A DNA stretch of 64,000 nt from an archaeon (GCA_018653485.1 JABHZE010000002.1:56294-120293), one strand, 5' to 3'; numbered from the stretch's first letter, positions 9,679 through 19,362 are shown. Numbers and translations: made by a program. Notes: generated by a model from the sequence alone, not told the origin.

Positions 9679-12651
9679 CTACAAGGCCCAATCAATATAT
9701 TTAGAAGCATCTATGTCAAGATATTCTTCTTTAGTTTCCTCTTTTCCAGTGTATTCAATTTCCCAGATTTTAATAGGTCCCTGAATTCCCTGATAAAATA
9801 TAAAGTCTGGAACAGCCATCCCTTGGTTTCTTAAATCATCCACAATTAAACTTTGCTCCTTATGGGCTATTTTAAAGTTTGGAAAATTGTTTAAAGGATC
9901 TTCTAAAATGTAAACCTGAGCCAACATTCCCCTCATTAATCTAGGAGAGATATACATAGCAGCACCAATTTCATTAGAATTAACTCCTCCGCCTTGAACA
10001 TCTAAACTAGGGAAAAGATAAGCACAAGCTTCAATACCTTCATCAAACTCAACAAACTCTCCACTAACTGATAAATATTTTAAATTAACCCTATGTTGTC
10101 TTTTAAGATTATCCACTAAAACAATGTAAGGTTGAGCAAATAGGGTTTTATTATCCTCATTAGATACTGGAATAAAAATTCCTCCGACATAGGATCCTTG
10201 TTGAGGAATAAAGATTTCATTTCCATCCTCAGTTATCGTAATATCCTCATCTAATGCAATCCCTCCTTGATAAAAGAAGATAGTCATATTATTTGTTTCT
10301 TGAGTTTGCGCTTCATTAACTAAAAAAGTTCCAATCCAAGAATATCTATCAAAATCTTGATTACTCCCAATACTTGAAAAAGCACCATATTTTCCAATAT
10401 CACTCGAATCAATTAATAGGTAATCTGCATCATGATTATACAAAAATTCTAATGCATCATCTTGATTATCTCCTGTTAAAACTAATCTTCCCATCAAATA
10501 ATTCCAATAAGTTATGGCATTCCCTCCATCTAAAACAGTAGCTCTCTTTCCAATACTCTGAACCCAATAACCATAATCCCACCAATGAGAGAAAACTGCA
10601 TCTTCCGCAGTTTCATCATCAACCCATTTCATTGCCTTTTGCCATTGTTGATTATAACTTGAAGGTATGGAACCATAATATGCCTGATTCTTAGTCACAT
10701 TATAATATTGATAAAAACTAAATAAGCTTGCAAGTAAAATTAAAATCATAATTACACCAAAAATCATTTTCATAGTTTCATCCTTTGTTCTTCTAAACTG
10801 TTCAATAGACTCAACAATAATAAATCCTACAAAAATTACTGCAACAGGGGCTAGAACCATAATTAATCTAACCGCACTCCTAGCAGTGAATAATGTTAAA
10901 ATAAATAATATTAATAGGAATAAAAACTCGTAATCCATTTTTTCAAATCCTTTATCCCCTCTTCGGTCATATTTAGAATAATAATATATCAAAAATCCAA
11001 TAAACAAAAATGCAGCACCATAATAAAACAACTTACTAACAAAATTATCTCCATTCAAAAGTCCCACAGTGGAATACCTTGAAAAAATTAATCCAGATAA
11101 AAACAAAATATATAATCCAGTTAAAGCCCAAGCATCTTTTTGTTTTATTTTATTTAATGATTTTTTGAATAAAACTACTGAGCCTATAAAAAACATCCAA
11201 AAAACAAGAGGGATATTTTGTATCATCGGACCAAAATTTCCACTCCATTCCCTAAAATATGGCTGTTTATTTTCCGCAACCGTAACGCTCCATCTCCCAG
11301 TAATTGGTTTAAACATTGTTTGATGCAATCCTTGAATTTTTTCAAAAATAAACCCTGGACCTAAAAGAACTATTGCTAAAATAAGAAGGGACAAAATAGC
11401 AACAATCAATGAAATTAAATTTTTAGGTATCTTAGAATTTTTAATCAAATTAATTTTTGAAAGATTTGTATTCCATAAAATAAAATGAATAACTAAAATA
11501 AACAAAGTGGTTGTTACTAATCCCGCATCCATTGATTTTATAATATTTAATAAATTATTTTTATCTGAGAAAAAAAGAAAGATAAATAATGAAACAACAA
11601 CCCAAGTACTATAAACTAAAAATTCCTTTCTATGAACTTTATTTAGAATAAATGCACATAATGTTGCAACAGCAATAGTAATAAAAACATAAAGAACTCC
11701 CCCCCAAATTAAACTTAATGCCCCTGTAGAAAGTCCAGCTAGTAAACTAAATAATAATGCCTTTTTTGTTTTTTCAGATTTCCAAGCTTTTAGAAACAAA
11801 TAAAATGCTAAAAACATAAAAAAGAAAGAAGCAGATTCTTTTTCAGGAATTCCTGCAATTGTTCTTGCTAAAAATACTGGCATAACTATCATAAAAAAAG
11901 TTGAAATTAAAGCGATTATATTTGCCTTCCTCTTACTTTTTTTAGACTTTCTTACAAAAATCTCTCTAACAAATAAAAAGAAAGATAAAATTGTTAATAC
12001 AAACATAATAACTGGAAACAATGCAGCCGCAAATTCAATAGAAACATCATCATAAATTATATTTAAACCATGGTATGTCCATGCAATAAGGTGAGGGAGT
12101 AAAACTGTTTCTCTAGAGTTTTCAAATCCTAAAGGAACATTTCTCATCATATCTTTTTCAGGAATAGAACCTTCATTTACAACTATTTCTGCAATTCGGG
12201 TAAATAGCCAGGGATCTAAATCAGGCCCTAATGTCCAATCATTAGTTGCAATATTCCACAAACCAGGTTGTCTTCCCGGAGCACCAGGATTATGGTCTTG
12301 CATAGGCAAACTCCTTAGATAAGCTCCAAGAATTAATGCAATTATAATAAAACCAATAACCCAAACCTTTTCATTTTTTAAAAAACTTGAAACATTTCCT
12401 AATCTTTGTTTAATCAAATCACTATCCCCTACAGAGTTGTTCCCTCCACCAAAAGAAACACTCTTTTTAATTTGATTATTCTCAATTTTAACTCCCTCAA
12501 TCTTTGTATCTTCTATATTGCTCCTTTCAACAACGCTATTTTCAACTTGACTATTTATTATTTTACTATCATCAATATTACTTCTTTCAACATGGCTACC
12601 TTCTACAACACTATTTTCAATTTCACTTTTTTTAATGTTATTTTCTTCCAT
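9679..12651 (-). CDS. aglB: dolichyl-phosphooligosaccharide-protein glycotransferase AglB (STT3 family) with N-terminal pentapeptide-repeat extension
   Basis: WWDYGYW motif (the WWDxG catalytic signature of STT3/AglB/PglB). About 13 TM helices are followed by a C-terminal soluble domain. The N-terminus carries about 10 tandem E-x-S-x-[VI] pentapeptides. Confidence 0.8.
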   Translation of the reverse strand: MEENNIKKSEIENSVVEGSHVERSNIDDSKIINSQVENSVVERSNIEDTKIEGVKIENNQIKKSVSFGGGNNSVGDSDLIKQRLGNVSSFLKNEKVWVIGFIIIALILGAYLRSLPMQDHNPGAPGRQPGLWNIATNDWTLGPDLDPWLFTRIAEIVVNEGSIPEKDMMRNVPLGFENSRETVLLPHLIAWTYHGLNIIYDDVSIEFAAALFPVIMFVLTILSFFLFVREIFVRKSKKSKRKANIIALISTFFMIVMPVFLARTIAGIPEKESASFFFMFLAFYLFLKAWKSEKTKKALLFSLLAGLSTGALSLIWGGVLYVFITIAVATLCAFILNKVHRKEFLVYSTWVVVSLFIFLFFSDKNNLLNIIKSMDAGLVTTTLFILVIHFILWNTNLSKINLIKNSKIPKNLISLIVAILSLLILAIVLLGPGFIFEKIQGLHQTMFKPITGRWSVTVAENKQPYFREWSGNFGPMIQNIPLVFWMFFIGSVVLFKKSLNKIKQKDAWALTGLYILFLSGLIFSRYSTVGLLNGDNFVSKLFYYGAAFLFIGFLIYYYSKYDRRGDKGFEKMDYEFLFLLILFILTLFTARSAVRLIMVLAPVAVIFVGFIIVESIEQFRRTKDETMKMIFGVIMILILLASLFSFYQYYNVTKNQAYYGSIPSSYNQQWQKAMKWVDDETAEDAVFSHWWDYGYWVQSIGKRATVLDGGNAITYWNYLMGRLVLTGDNQDDALEFLYNHDADYLLIDSSDIGKYGAFSSIGSNQDFDRYSWIGTFLVNEAQTQETNNMTIFFYQGGIALDEDITITEDGNEIFIPQQGSYVGGIFIPVSNEDNKTLFAQPYIVLVDNLKRQHRVNLKYLSVSGEFVEFDEGIEACAYLFPSLDVQGGGVNSNEIGAAMYISPRLMRGMLAQVYILEDPLNNFPNFKIAHKEQSLIVDDLRNQGMAVPDFIFYQGIQGPIKIWEIEYTGKEETKEEYLDIDASKYIDWAL

Positions 12652-12664
12652 TTTTAATTTTTTA

Positions 12665-12811
12665 TCAGTTACCTAATAATTGTGCCACTTCATTTACTAA
12701 CTCTATCGCAGATTTTTCTTTTTCCACTTCTTCTTTTCCACAATACGGACAATCTAATGGACTTCCTGATTTAAATCTAAAGTTGCAATTTCGACATATC
12801 CAAACTCCCAT
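12665..12811 (-). CDS. small zinc-ribbon protein (48 aa, below ORF-track cutoff)
   Basis: Manual translation gives MGVWICRNCNFRFKSGSPLDCPYCGKEEVEKEKSAIELVNEVAQLLGN. It has two CxxC pairs (CRNC...CPYC), an ATG start and a TGA stop. Confidence 0.4.
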   Translation of the reverse strand: MGVWICRNCNFRFKSGSPLDCPYCGKEEVEKEKSAIELVNEVAQLLGN

Positions 12812-12924
12812 TTTTCACCTCTATCAATATATAATCAATAATTAACCAGTTTTTAAATCTAACTTATGTTCTAGAATATTCTAAATTAAAATATTCATTT
12901 TACTAAATAGATTTTAACAATCAA

Positions 12925-13794
12925 TTAGAAAATTGCAGGAGTAATAAAGACTTCCATTAATGCAGCTAAAAATAGAACAACCACTGCAAGTATGATCAAA
13001 TTAAGTGAGTCTTGCAAAATAACCCAGAATTTTTCAGAATGAACATCATGTTTTATAATCGCAACACTCACAATTCCCCCCGCCAAGGCCCCTGCAAAAT
13101 AAGCTCCTATTTCCGGAATTCCATGAATCATATATCTTGCTAATCCTAATGGGAGATTAGCTAGGTCTCCCTTTGCAAAAATTCCAATAGCGGCACTAAT
13201 AACACTAGCATTCCAAGCTAAGATAAATATAGCTCCCGCTCCAAAAATTAATGAAAATACCAACGTAAAAATGAGGACATAGATATTATTTGCAAAAATA
13301 TTAACAATTTTATCCTTTGCAGTTAAAAACGCAGTAGTTTTTGAAATATGTTCAACACCATACTCTGCAACACAATTTTCATAATGTGCAGGTTTATTTA
13401 TCACACAAAAAGTTTCAATCTGGGCCCTAAAATTTTGATTTCCATCTTGAAAAACAATATACCAAAAAGAAAAAGCAACCACAAACCCCATAAATAAAAA
13501 CATAAAATAAACTAATGCCTTGTTGTGTTCTTTTAGCAATTTTCCAAAACCATCTATAGTTAAATCTTTTTCTTCTTCATTTTTAATTGCAAAATACATA
13601 AACGGGATTGAAAACATAACGCAGAATGTAACAACTAATATCCCACTATATTTAGAAAGAACTGGGTCTCCTGAAAAAATCCATTTAGTTAAAATAAGGG
13701 AAAGCGTTGCATAAAATGCACCTACAAAAAACAATTCCCATGGCCTTTTCTCAGCCTTCAACGGATTTATCAACATCTCAAACATATTTTTCAC
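12925..13794 (-). CDS. integral membrane protein, SpoIIM/DUF95-like
   Basis: Multi-TM protein. Its C-terminal half (AWNASVISAAIGIF...GIPEIGAYFAGALAGG) resembles the stage II sporulation protein M/DUF95 family. Confidence 0.35.
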   Translation of the reverse strand: MKNMFEMLINPLKAEKRPWELFFVGAFYATLSLILTKWIFSGDPVLSKYSGILVVTFCVMFSIPFMYFAIKNEEEKDLTIDGFGKLLKEHNKALVYFMFLFMGFVVAFSFWYIVFQDGNQNFRAQIETFCVINKPAHYENCVAEYGVEHISKTTAFLTAKDKIVNIFANNIYVLIFTLVFSLIFGAGAIFILAWNASVISAAIGIFAKGDLANLPLGLARYMIHGIPEIGAYFAGALAGGIVSVAIIKHDVHSEKFWVILQDSLNLIILAVVVLFLAALMEVFITPAIF

Positions 13795-13888
13795 CTATTT
13801 GTTATTATCTTAAGTAAGACAAAACCCACTTTTAAACATTTATATTTGAATTCAAAACTCTTTTATACCTCGCCTGCCTAATAATGCT

Positions 13889-14698
13889 ATGCCATCAAAG
13901 AAACAAACTTTTAATAAAATCTGCAAAGATATTAAATCTATTAAAATTCAAGGAGCAACAAATGTTGCTAAACAAGGATTTAGAGCATACAAACTATTCC
14001 CCACTCAAACCTCAAAAAAGAAACTATTATCCCTAAGGCCAACAGAACCAATGCTTTTCAACCTAATATATAAACATAAAGATAAAACATACAAACAAGT
14101 TTCAGAAGAAATAAAACAATCTCAAGATACGATAAACAAAGAAACTTACAAATTAATTAAAAACAATTCAGTAATATTCACTCACTGCCATTCATCTTCT
14201 GTAACTAAAGCATTAGCTTATGCAAAAGAGAAAGGAAAAAAGTTTGAAGTTTATCACACAGAGACTCGTCCATTATTTCAAGGAAGAAAAACAGCAAGAG
14301 ATTTAAAAAAAGCAAAAATAAACGCAACTATGTTCCCAGACTCAGGAGCACAAATAGCATTAACAAAATCTCAAGATACAAAAAAAGCAAACCTTGTTCT
14401 TTTAGGTGCAGATGCAATTCTTAAGGAGGGAGTAATAAATAAAATCGGAAGTGGGATGTTTTCAGGTATTGCAAAAAAGAACAAAATTCCAGTTTACATC
14501 CTAAGTAACTCATTAAAATATTACCCTAAAAAAATAAAAATAGAAGAAAGAGGTTTTGATGAAGTCTGGGATACAGAGAAAAAAATCAAAATCAAAAATC
14601 CAGCTTTTGAATTAATTAAAAGAAAACAAATTAAAGGAATAATCTCTGATTTAGGAAATCTATCTTACTCTAAATTTTTAATTAAAGTTAAAAATTAA
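13889..14698 (+). CDS. eIF-2B alpha/beta/delta family protein (translation initiation factor 2B subunit or ribose-1,5-bisphosphate isomerase-like)
   Basis: LLGADAILKEGVINKIGSG matches the IF-2B family signature. The protein is short (269 aa) for a ribose-1,5-bisphosphate isomerase. Confidence 0.55.
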   Translation: MPSKKQTFNKICKDIKSIKIQGATNVAKQGFRAYKLFPTQTSKKKLLSLRPTEPMLFNLIYKHKDKTYKQVSEEIKQSQDTINKETYKLIKNNSVIFTHCHSSSVTKALAYAKEKGKKFEVYHTETRPLFQGRKTARDLKKAKINATMFPDSGAQIALTKSQDTKKANLVLLGADAILKEGVINKIGSGMFSGIAKKNKIPVYILSNSLKYYPKKIKIEERGFDEVWDTEKKIKIKNPAFELIKRKQIKGIISDLGNLSYSKFLIKVKN

Positions 14699-14747
14699 AT
14701 ACCTTTAAAAGTTAAATAGCCACAAAAAATTAAATACCTTTAAAGGA

Positions 14748-15164
14748 TTAATTTTTAGAATCCTTTTCTTTTTCACCCTGAGCTTTCTCAAATACTTTCA
14801 TCAAATTCTCACTTTCTTGTTGAATAACACCTAACCTTTCTCTTACTTGTTCATTAGCTTGATTAAGTTTTCCAATCTGACCTTCAATTAAACTAATTGC
14901 ATCAGGAATTGTTTTCTTAACTAAATTACCTTGCCCAATATCTACAATTAATTTCTTTTCTCTTATTTTAACAGGAATAAATATCTTTTTCCCAATATTT
15001 GCAAGAATCTCATCACTCTCAGAACTTTCTATTTCTTTCAAACTTTCTCTTAAGGCATTCATTTCAGAAACATTTTGTTCAATTAATTCTAACTGTTGAT
15101 TAAGTTGATTCCCTTCTTGTTCCATCATTTGAATCTGCATTATTTGTTCTTGTGTAGGTTCCAT
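14748..15164 (-). CDS. pfdA: prefoldin alpha subunit
   Basis: 138 aa with two coiled-coil regions flanking a central beta-hairpin region (KKIFIPVKI...LIVDIGQGNLVKK). Size and layout fit PfdA. Confidence 0.5.
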   Translation of the reverse strand: MEPTQEQIMQIQMMEQEGNQLNQQLELIEQNVSEMNALRESLKEIESSESDEILANIGKKIFIPVKIREKKLIVDIGQGNLVKKTIPDAISLIEGQIGKLNQANEQVRERLGVIQQESENLMKVFEKAQGEKEKDSKN

Positions 15165-15217
15165 AGTAATATTTCCAGCAAATAAAGGTTTTTAAGCCTT
15201 ATGCAACTAAATAAATT

Positions 15218-15637
15218 ATGATAAATTGGCTTGAAAAACATAATAAAGTCTCTTGGACAATTACATTGATAATAGCAATCACAATTTTTATAATGTCCTC
15301 AATATCTTTCAAATCTTCTTCAAATCTATTTGAAATCAAAACAATTACTTACCATTTCCTTGCATTTTTCTTCTTATGCTTCTTTTTATCAATTTCATTA
15401 ACAAAAGGCAAAAAAACAAACTTAATTCCTCTATCAATAATATTTTCAATATTATATGGCATCTCAGATGAAATTCATCAATTATTTGTCCCCAATAGAT
15501 ACTTTGCAATTTCAGACATATTAACAGACACAGCAGGAATCTTAACTTCTGCATTCATCTACCTAATCTTAATTAGATCCTACCACAATAAATCAAAAAA
15601 AGACAAAGAAGATTATTCTATTGTAAGTTTTTATTAG
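15218..15637 (+). CDS. small integral membrane protein (VanZ-like?)
   Basis: 4 predicted TM segments. The family assignment is weak. Confidence 0.35.
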   Translation: MINWLEKHNKVSWTITLIIAITIFIMSSISFKSSSNLFEIKTITYHFLAFFFLCFFLSISLTKGKKTNLIPLSIIFSILYGISDEIHQLFVPNRYFAISDILTDTAGILTSAFIYLILIRSYHNKSKKDKEDYSIVSFY

Positions 15638-15648
15638 GAAATAAAGAA

Positions 15649-16179
15649 TTAAGCAACATTAAACAATTTTCTAAAAATACTTGAAAATATCATTGCACCA
15701 ATTAAATAATAGGCAATCCACCAATTACCAAATGCAGCACTGAAATATTCTGAAAACCATCTAAACAAAAGTATTACTGGAATACCAGTGTATATCATTG
15801 GTTGCATAGTTAAATGAAATGTTTTAGGAATAAACTCTAATTGTTTCTTTTGTAACTCCATAAGTTTTTCAGGATGCGCTTTATATTTTTTCATTTCTTC
15901 TTGAAGGTATTTTTGTTCTTTTTTCAAAACCCTAAGCTCCTTCTGATCTGAAAAAAACTTTTGAGCAAGAGTAAGTATTGCAGAAGTAAATGCAACAACT
16001 ACAATTAATCCAACATAAATATTCCATTCTAAAATCCCTCCAAAAATAGGATCTAAAACAAGACTAACACTTTCTTTAATTACAGGAAGATGATCCCACT
16101 GATAAGCGATATAAAGTGAAACTAACATCACAATAAAAATCGGCCACATGCTTTTTCCTTGTTTATCCATTTTTTTCAA
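15649..16179 (-). CDS. DUF106 family membrane protein (archaeal YidC/Oxa1/EMC3-like insertase homolog)
   Basis: TM-coiled coil-TM architecture of about 176 aa. Its position downstream of secY is the conserved archaeal neighbourhood for DUF106. Confidence 0.55.
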   Translation of the reverse strand: MKKMDKQGKSMWPIFIVMLVSLYIAYQWDHLPVIKESVSLVLDPIFGGILEWNIYVGLIVVVAFTSAILTLAQKFFSDQKELRVLKKEQKYLQEEMKKYKAHPEKLMELQKKQLEFIPKTFHLTMQPMIYTGIPVILLFRWFSEYFSAAFGNWWIAYYLIGAMIFSSIFRKLFNVA

Positions 16180-16245
16180 TAAAAATTATTTATCACCACA
16201 ATTATTTATCAAAACCCAAAAGAGTTTTTAAACTTAAGTACTGAT

Positions 16246-16530
16246 TCATTCTTCGTCCCATCTTTCAACTCTGAGATATATTCTTTCTCTTCTGTCTATT
16301 TCTTGCGCCAATGCATCGAGAGTTCTTAATAAAGGCCCACGAACAGCTTGGTACTCTGGATTTTCTTTTATTCTTTCAATAGGATTTAATTCCATTCTTT
16401 CCAAGTATGCCCTATAATTAGCAAGATTTACAATTAATTCTGATAAAGGTAATCTTTGAACATTTCCTTGAATATGCAAGATACTATCTCTGAGGTCTTC
16501 TCCTTTAACTTGTTTATACTTCATAATCAA
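16246..16530 (-). CDS. hypothetical helical protein (94 aa)
   Basis: ORF between secY and the DUF106 gene. Its composition is less K-rich and more GC-rich than its neighbours. Confidence 0.4.
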   Translation of the reverse strand: MIMKYKQVKGEDLRDSILHIQGNVQRLPLSELIVNLANYRAYLERMELNPIERIKENPEYQAVRGPLLRTLDALAQEIDRRERIYLRVERWDEE

Positions 16531-16552
16531 TTATTCCCTATCCTCTAAATTA

Positions 16553-17929
16553 TTAAGCACCCATCATCTTTTTCAACGCAGGATTCATATCCATTGCATG
16601 TTGTTGTGCAATATTCTGATAGAACTGGAATATAATCATGATTCCTAATAATAATGCTGTTCCTCCAACTAATGCTCCTAAAACATCTGCTAACGCTGCT
16701 AATAAACCAATAGCCATTCCACCCATGATTGTTAAAGGCATAACATATCTAGCTAATATAGACTCTAAAATTCTTTTATCTTTTCTAAATCCAGGAATTT
16801 GTAATCCTGATTTTAAAATATTATTTGCCTGAGCAGCTGCATCCATACCAGAAGTTTTTACCCAGAATACAGAGAATAAAGCTGCAAAAAACATATAAAA
16901 TATAATATGGCCTAATGTTTGTCCAATCAAAACCCATTCCCAATTTCCTTGAATTATTCTCTCAGGAATATTTGTAGAACCTACCCAAAATAAGAATCCA
17001 GAAACAGGAACACCATTAACAATATTTCCTAGGAATGTTGGATGCCCTAACCAGTTTTGTAATAATCCTCCAAATAATTGAATATTAGAGATTAATGCGG
17101 CAGTTAAGATAACTGGAATAACACTAGCATAAAAAAACTGAAGGGGCCATTTCATACTATATCCTCTTAATCTATCATAACTTAATGGAATTTCAATTTT
17201 TAAAGATTGAGCCCATACAACAATTAAAAATAATATTACTGTTGCTAGAATAGCAGCTAAAGCAAGCATAACTCCCTGCCCTGCGCCAGGCTCCCCTGAA
17301 TTAATTAAATGATAAACTAATGATACAACCGCCCCTGCAGCATGGAATCTTCCTTCAGTATCTAAGAATGAAAAGCTTGCTGAAACTAATCTCCAACTAA
17401 CTCCTGCAGCAATAAACAAACTTACTCCGCTTCCAAATCCCCATTTCTCTGATAATTCATTCATAAATACAATAACTAATCCTCCGAGGATTAATTGAAA
17501 TATAAGAATCCCTGCAAATCCAGGTACTGGCTGCAGTCCCTGCATATAAACATATATGACTGCTTCAAATATTATAAAAAAGAAAACCAATAATTTCTGT
17601 AATCCTGAAAAAAACTTTTTCCCTTCAACAGTCGAAGTATCAATTTCTAAAATCTGACTACCAACTAATAATTGCAAGATAATCGAAGCCATAACAATTG
17701 GACCAATACCTAATGAAATTATTGAACCAAAACTTGTCCCCATAATAACTGCTAAATATTCAAATCTCTCTAAGGCATTATTAGACAACCCATAAAGAGA
17801 AATATTCGACATTACAAAAAATGCAATAAGAACAATTAAAGTCCATTTTAATTTAACATTAAAACTAAGTTTCTTTTCAGTAGGCGATCTTACTTCTGGC
17901 AGATTTTTTAATATTACTCTAAAATCCAT
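16553..17929 (-). CDS. secY: preprotein translocase subunit SecY
   Basis: About 10 TM helices. It is the terminal gene of the r-protein operon after uL15, with typical SecY length and hydrophobicity pattern. Confidence 0.85.
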   Translation of the reverse strand: MDFRVILKNLPEVRSPTEKKLSFNVKLKWTLIVLIAFFVMSNISLYGLSNNALERFEYLAVIMGTSFGSIISLGIGPIVMASIILQLLVGSQILEIDTSTVEGKKFFSGLQKLLVFFFIIFEAVIYVYMQGLQPVPGFAGILIFQLILGGLVIVFMNELSEKWGFGSGVSLFIAAGVSWRLVSASFSFLDTEGRFHAAGAVVSLVYHLINSGEPGAGQGVMLALAAILATVILFLIVVWAQSLKIEIPLSYDRLRGYSMKWPLQFFYASVIPVILTAALISNIQLFGGLLQNWLGHPTFLGNIVNGVPVSGFLFWVGSTNIPERIIQGNWEWVLIGQTLGHIIFYMFFAALFSVFWVKTSGMDAAAQANNILKSGLQIPGFRKDKRILESILARYVMPLTIMGGMAIGLLAALADVLGALVGGTALLLGIMIIFQFYQNIAQQHAMDMNPALKKMMGA

Positions 17930-17944
17930 TTTGATTAAACAGGG

Positions 17945-18499
17945 TTACTTTAAATTTTCAGAATTTTTTGATTCTGAATCTTTGACATCTTTCTTCTGAG
18001 GTTCTTTAGAACCTTCAGCATCCTTCAAATCTTTAGAACCCTCTGATGGTTCTGAAATACCTTTTTCCCTGATTATGATCACTTCTCCACCCATTTTTTC
18101 AATCTTCTCTTTAGCAGTCTTTGTAAATCCTTTAGCTTTAATCTTTAATTTTACCTTTAACTCTCCTTCGCCTAAAACCCTATATTTCTTTAATTCAAGA
18201 ACACCATTCTTATCATATTTCTTTTTCAGATTTTCAAGGTTTTTACTAATATCTCTTAGATTAATAACTTCTATTTTTTTCCTAGCAGTTCCTTTACTTG
18301 TAATTCCTTTTTTCCCAAAATAACTATTTCCATATAATTTAATCACTAATGATTTTTTATGGTCTGCCCTTTTACCTGTTCCAGCCATTCCAATTCCACC
18401 CCTATGCCCACTACCTTTTTGCTTTTTTCTTGAACCATGATAACTATTTTGTCCACGTTTCTTCTGACTTTTCTTTGTTCCTTTAATCTTCATTACCAT
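17945..18499 (-). CDS. rpl15: 50S ribosomal protein uL15 with K/E-rich C-terminal tail
   Basis: N-terminal Gly/Arg-rich motif (HGSRKKQKGSGHRGGIGMAGTGKRADHKK) and its position between uL30 and secY. Confidence 0.8.
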   Translation of the reverse strand: MVMKIKGTKKSQKKRGQNSYHGSRKKQKGSGHRGGIGMAGTGKRADHKKSLVIKLYGNSYFGKKGITSKGTARKKIEVINLRDISKNLENLKKKYDKNGVLELKKYRVLGEGELKVKLKIKAKGFTKTAKEKIEKMGGEVIIIREKGISEPSEGSKDLKDAEGSKEPQKKDVKDSESKNSENLK

Positions 18500-18500
18500 T

Positions 18501-19037
18501 TTATAACATTTTCTCCACTAATTTATTAATATCTTTCTTATTATTTCCTAAAACTCCTTTAGGATATTGTAATTTACTCTTAATTCCTTTTCTTGGAGGA
18601 TGTAATCTAAAAAATGGTTTTAATCCTAATTCAGATAATTTCTTTCCAGCAATTAAATCTTTAGCAACCTTTTCAGCATCTATTTTTAATTCCCTTTTAT
18701 CACCTTCAATATTCTTAGCCCGATCCCCAATTAATTTAACCAATACCTTCTCATCAATAGGACCATAAGCAATATAATGTTTAACTTTATCAATCATACC
18801 TTTAATTTGTTTATCAGAAGCATCAACTACAACTGCTGAATATTTTCTTCTTAATTTTAATCTATGTAATGTATTTTCAATTTTTTCATTTACCTTTACC
18901 ATCCCTGAAATTCTAATTAAGATTGTTAATCCAGCATCAGCTGTTTTTGTTTCTTTCTTTTCGGTTTTTGTTTGTTTTTCCATCATTCTTGTTTTTAAGT
19001 AAATTTTTTTAAATTTACTTCTACTCTCGTCTTTCAC
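18501..19037 (-). CDS. rpl30: 50S ribosomal protein uL30
   Basis: Its position immediately upstream of uL15 and the central ferredoxin-like uL30 region (KVLVKLIGDRAKNIE...LGLKP). Confidence 0.6.
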   Translation of the reverse strand: MKDESRSKFKKIYLKTRMMEKQTKTEKKETKTADAGLTILIRISGMVKVNEKIENTLHRLKLRRKYSAVVVDASDKQIKGMIDKVKHYIAYGPIDEKVLVKLIGDRAKNIEGDKRELKIDAEKVAKDLIAGKKLSELGLKPFFRLHPPRKGIKSKLQYPKGVLGNNKKDINKLVEKML

Positions 19038-19058
19038 CTTTGTATTTTTTACTTGCCC

Positions 19059-19358
19059 TTACATTATTTCTATAGCATCTTCTGAAAACCCAAGTTTTAC
19101 CAAAACATTTTTCGCTGTTCTGGAATGATCTCCCTGTAGTTCAACAGTATTTTCTTTTACTGTCCCCCCACAAGCAAGTTCCTGCTTTAGGTTTTTTGCC
19201 AAAGTTTTCAAGTCTACTCCTTGAAAACCCGATAACTCGGTTATCAGCTTACCGAACCGCTTCTTCGCAGTTTGGATTTGTATGTTCTGTTCAGTTTTTG
19301 CTATATCTTCGCAAACACATGCTTGCAAAGGCAATCCGCATTTTGGACATATATCCAT
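19059..19358 (-). CDS. translation initiation factor aSUI1/eIF1 with N-terminal zinc ribbon
   Basis: CPKCG...CVC Zn-ribbon is followed by a SUI1 domain (ACGGTV...ELQGDH). Confidence 0.7.
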   Translation of the reverse strand: MDICPKCGLPLQACVCEDIAKTEQNIQIQTAKKRFGKLITELSGFQGVDLKTLAKNLKQELACGGTVKENTVELQGDHSRTAKNVLVKLGFSEDAIEIM

Positions 19359-19362
19359 GTTT

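Noticed and set aside
285-12657. Numerous 60-100-aa antisense or alternate-frame ORFs overlapping confidently assigned genes (e.g. 285-467, 4664-4903, 7396-7584, 9428-9664, 11069-11323, 12406-12657, 13520-13714, 15345-15554, 16638-16832, 18075-18323, 19196-19417, 20371-20667).
   Set aside because: They lie entirely inside, or antisense to, genes with clear family signatures. Their products are low complexity (F/L/I/S-rich), as expected from AT-rich DNA in non-coding frames.
15218-15637. VanZ-family assignment for the 139-aa membrane protein.
   Set aside because: Only topology and size are compatible. No conserved residues could be verified, so it is left as a generic membrane protein.
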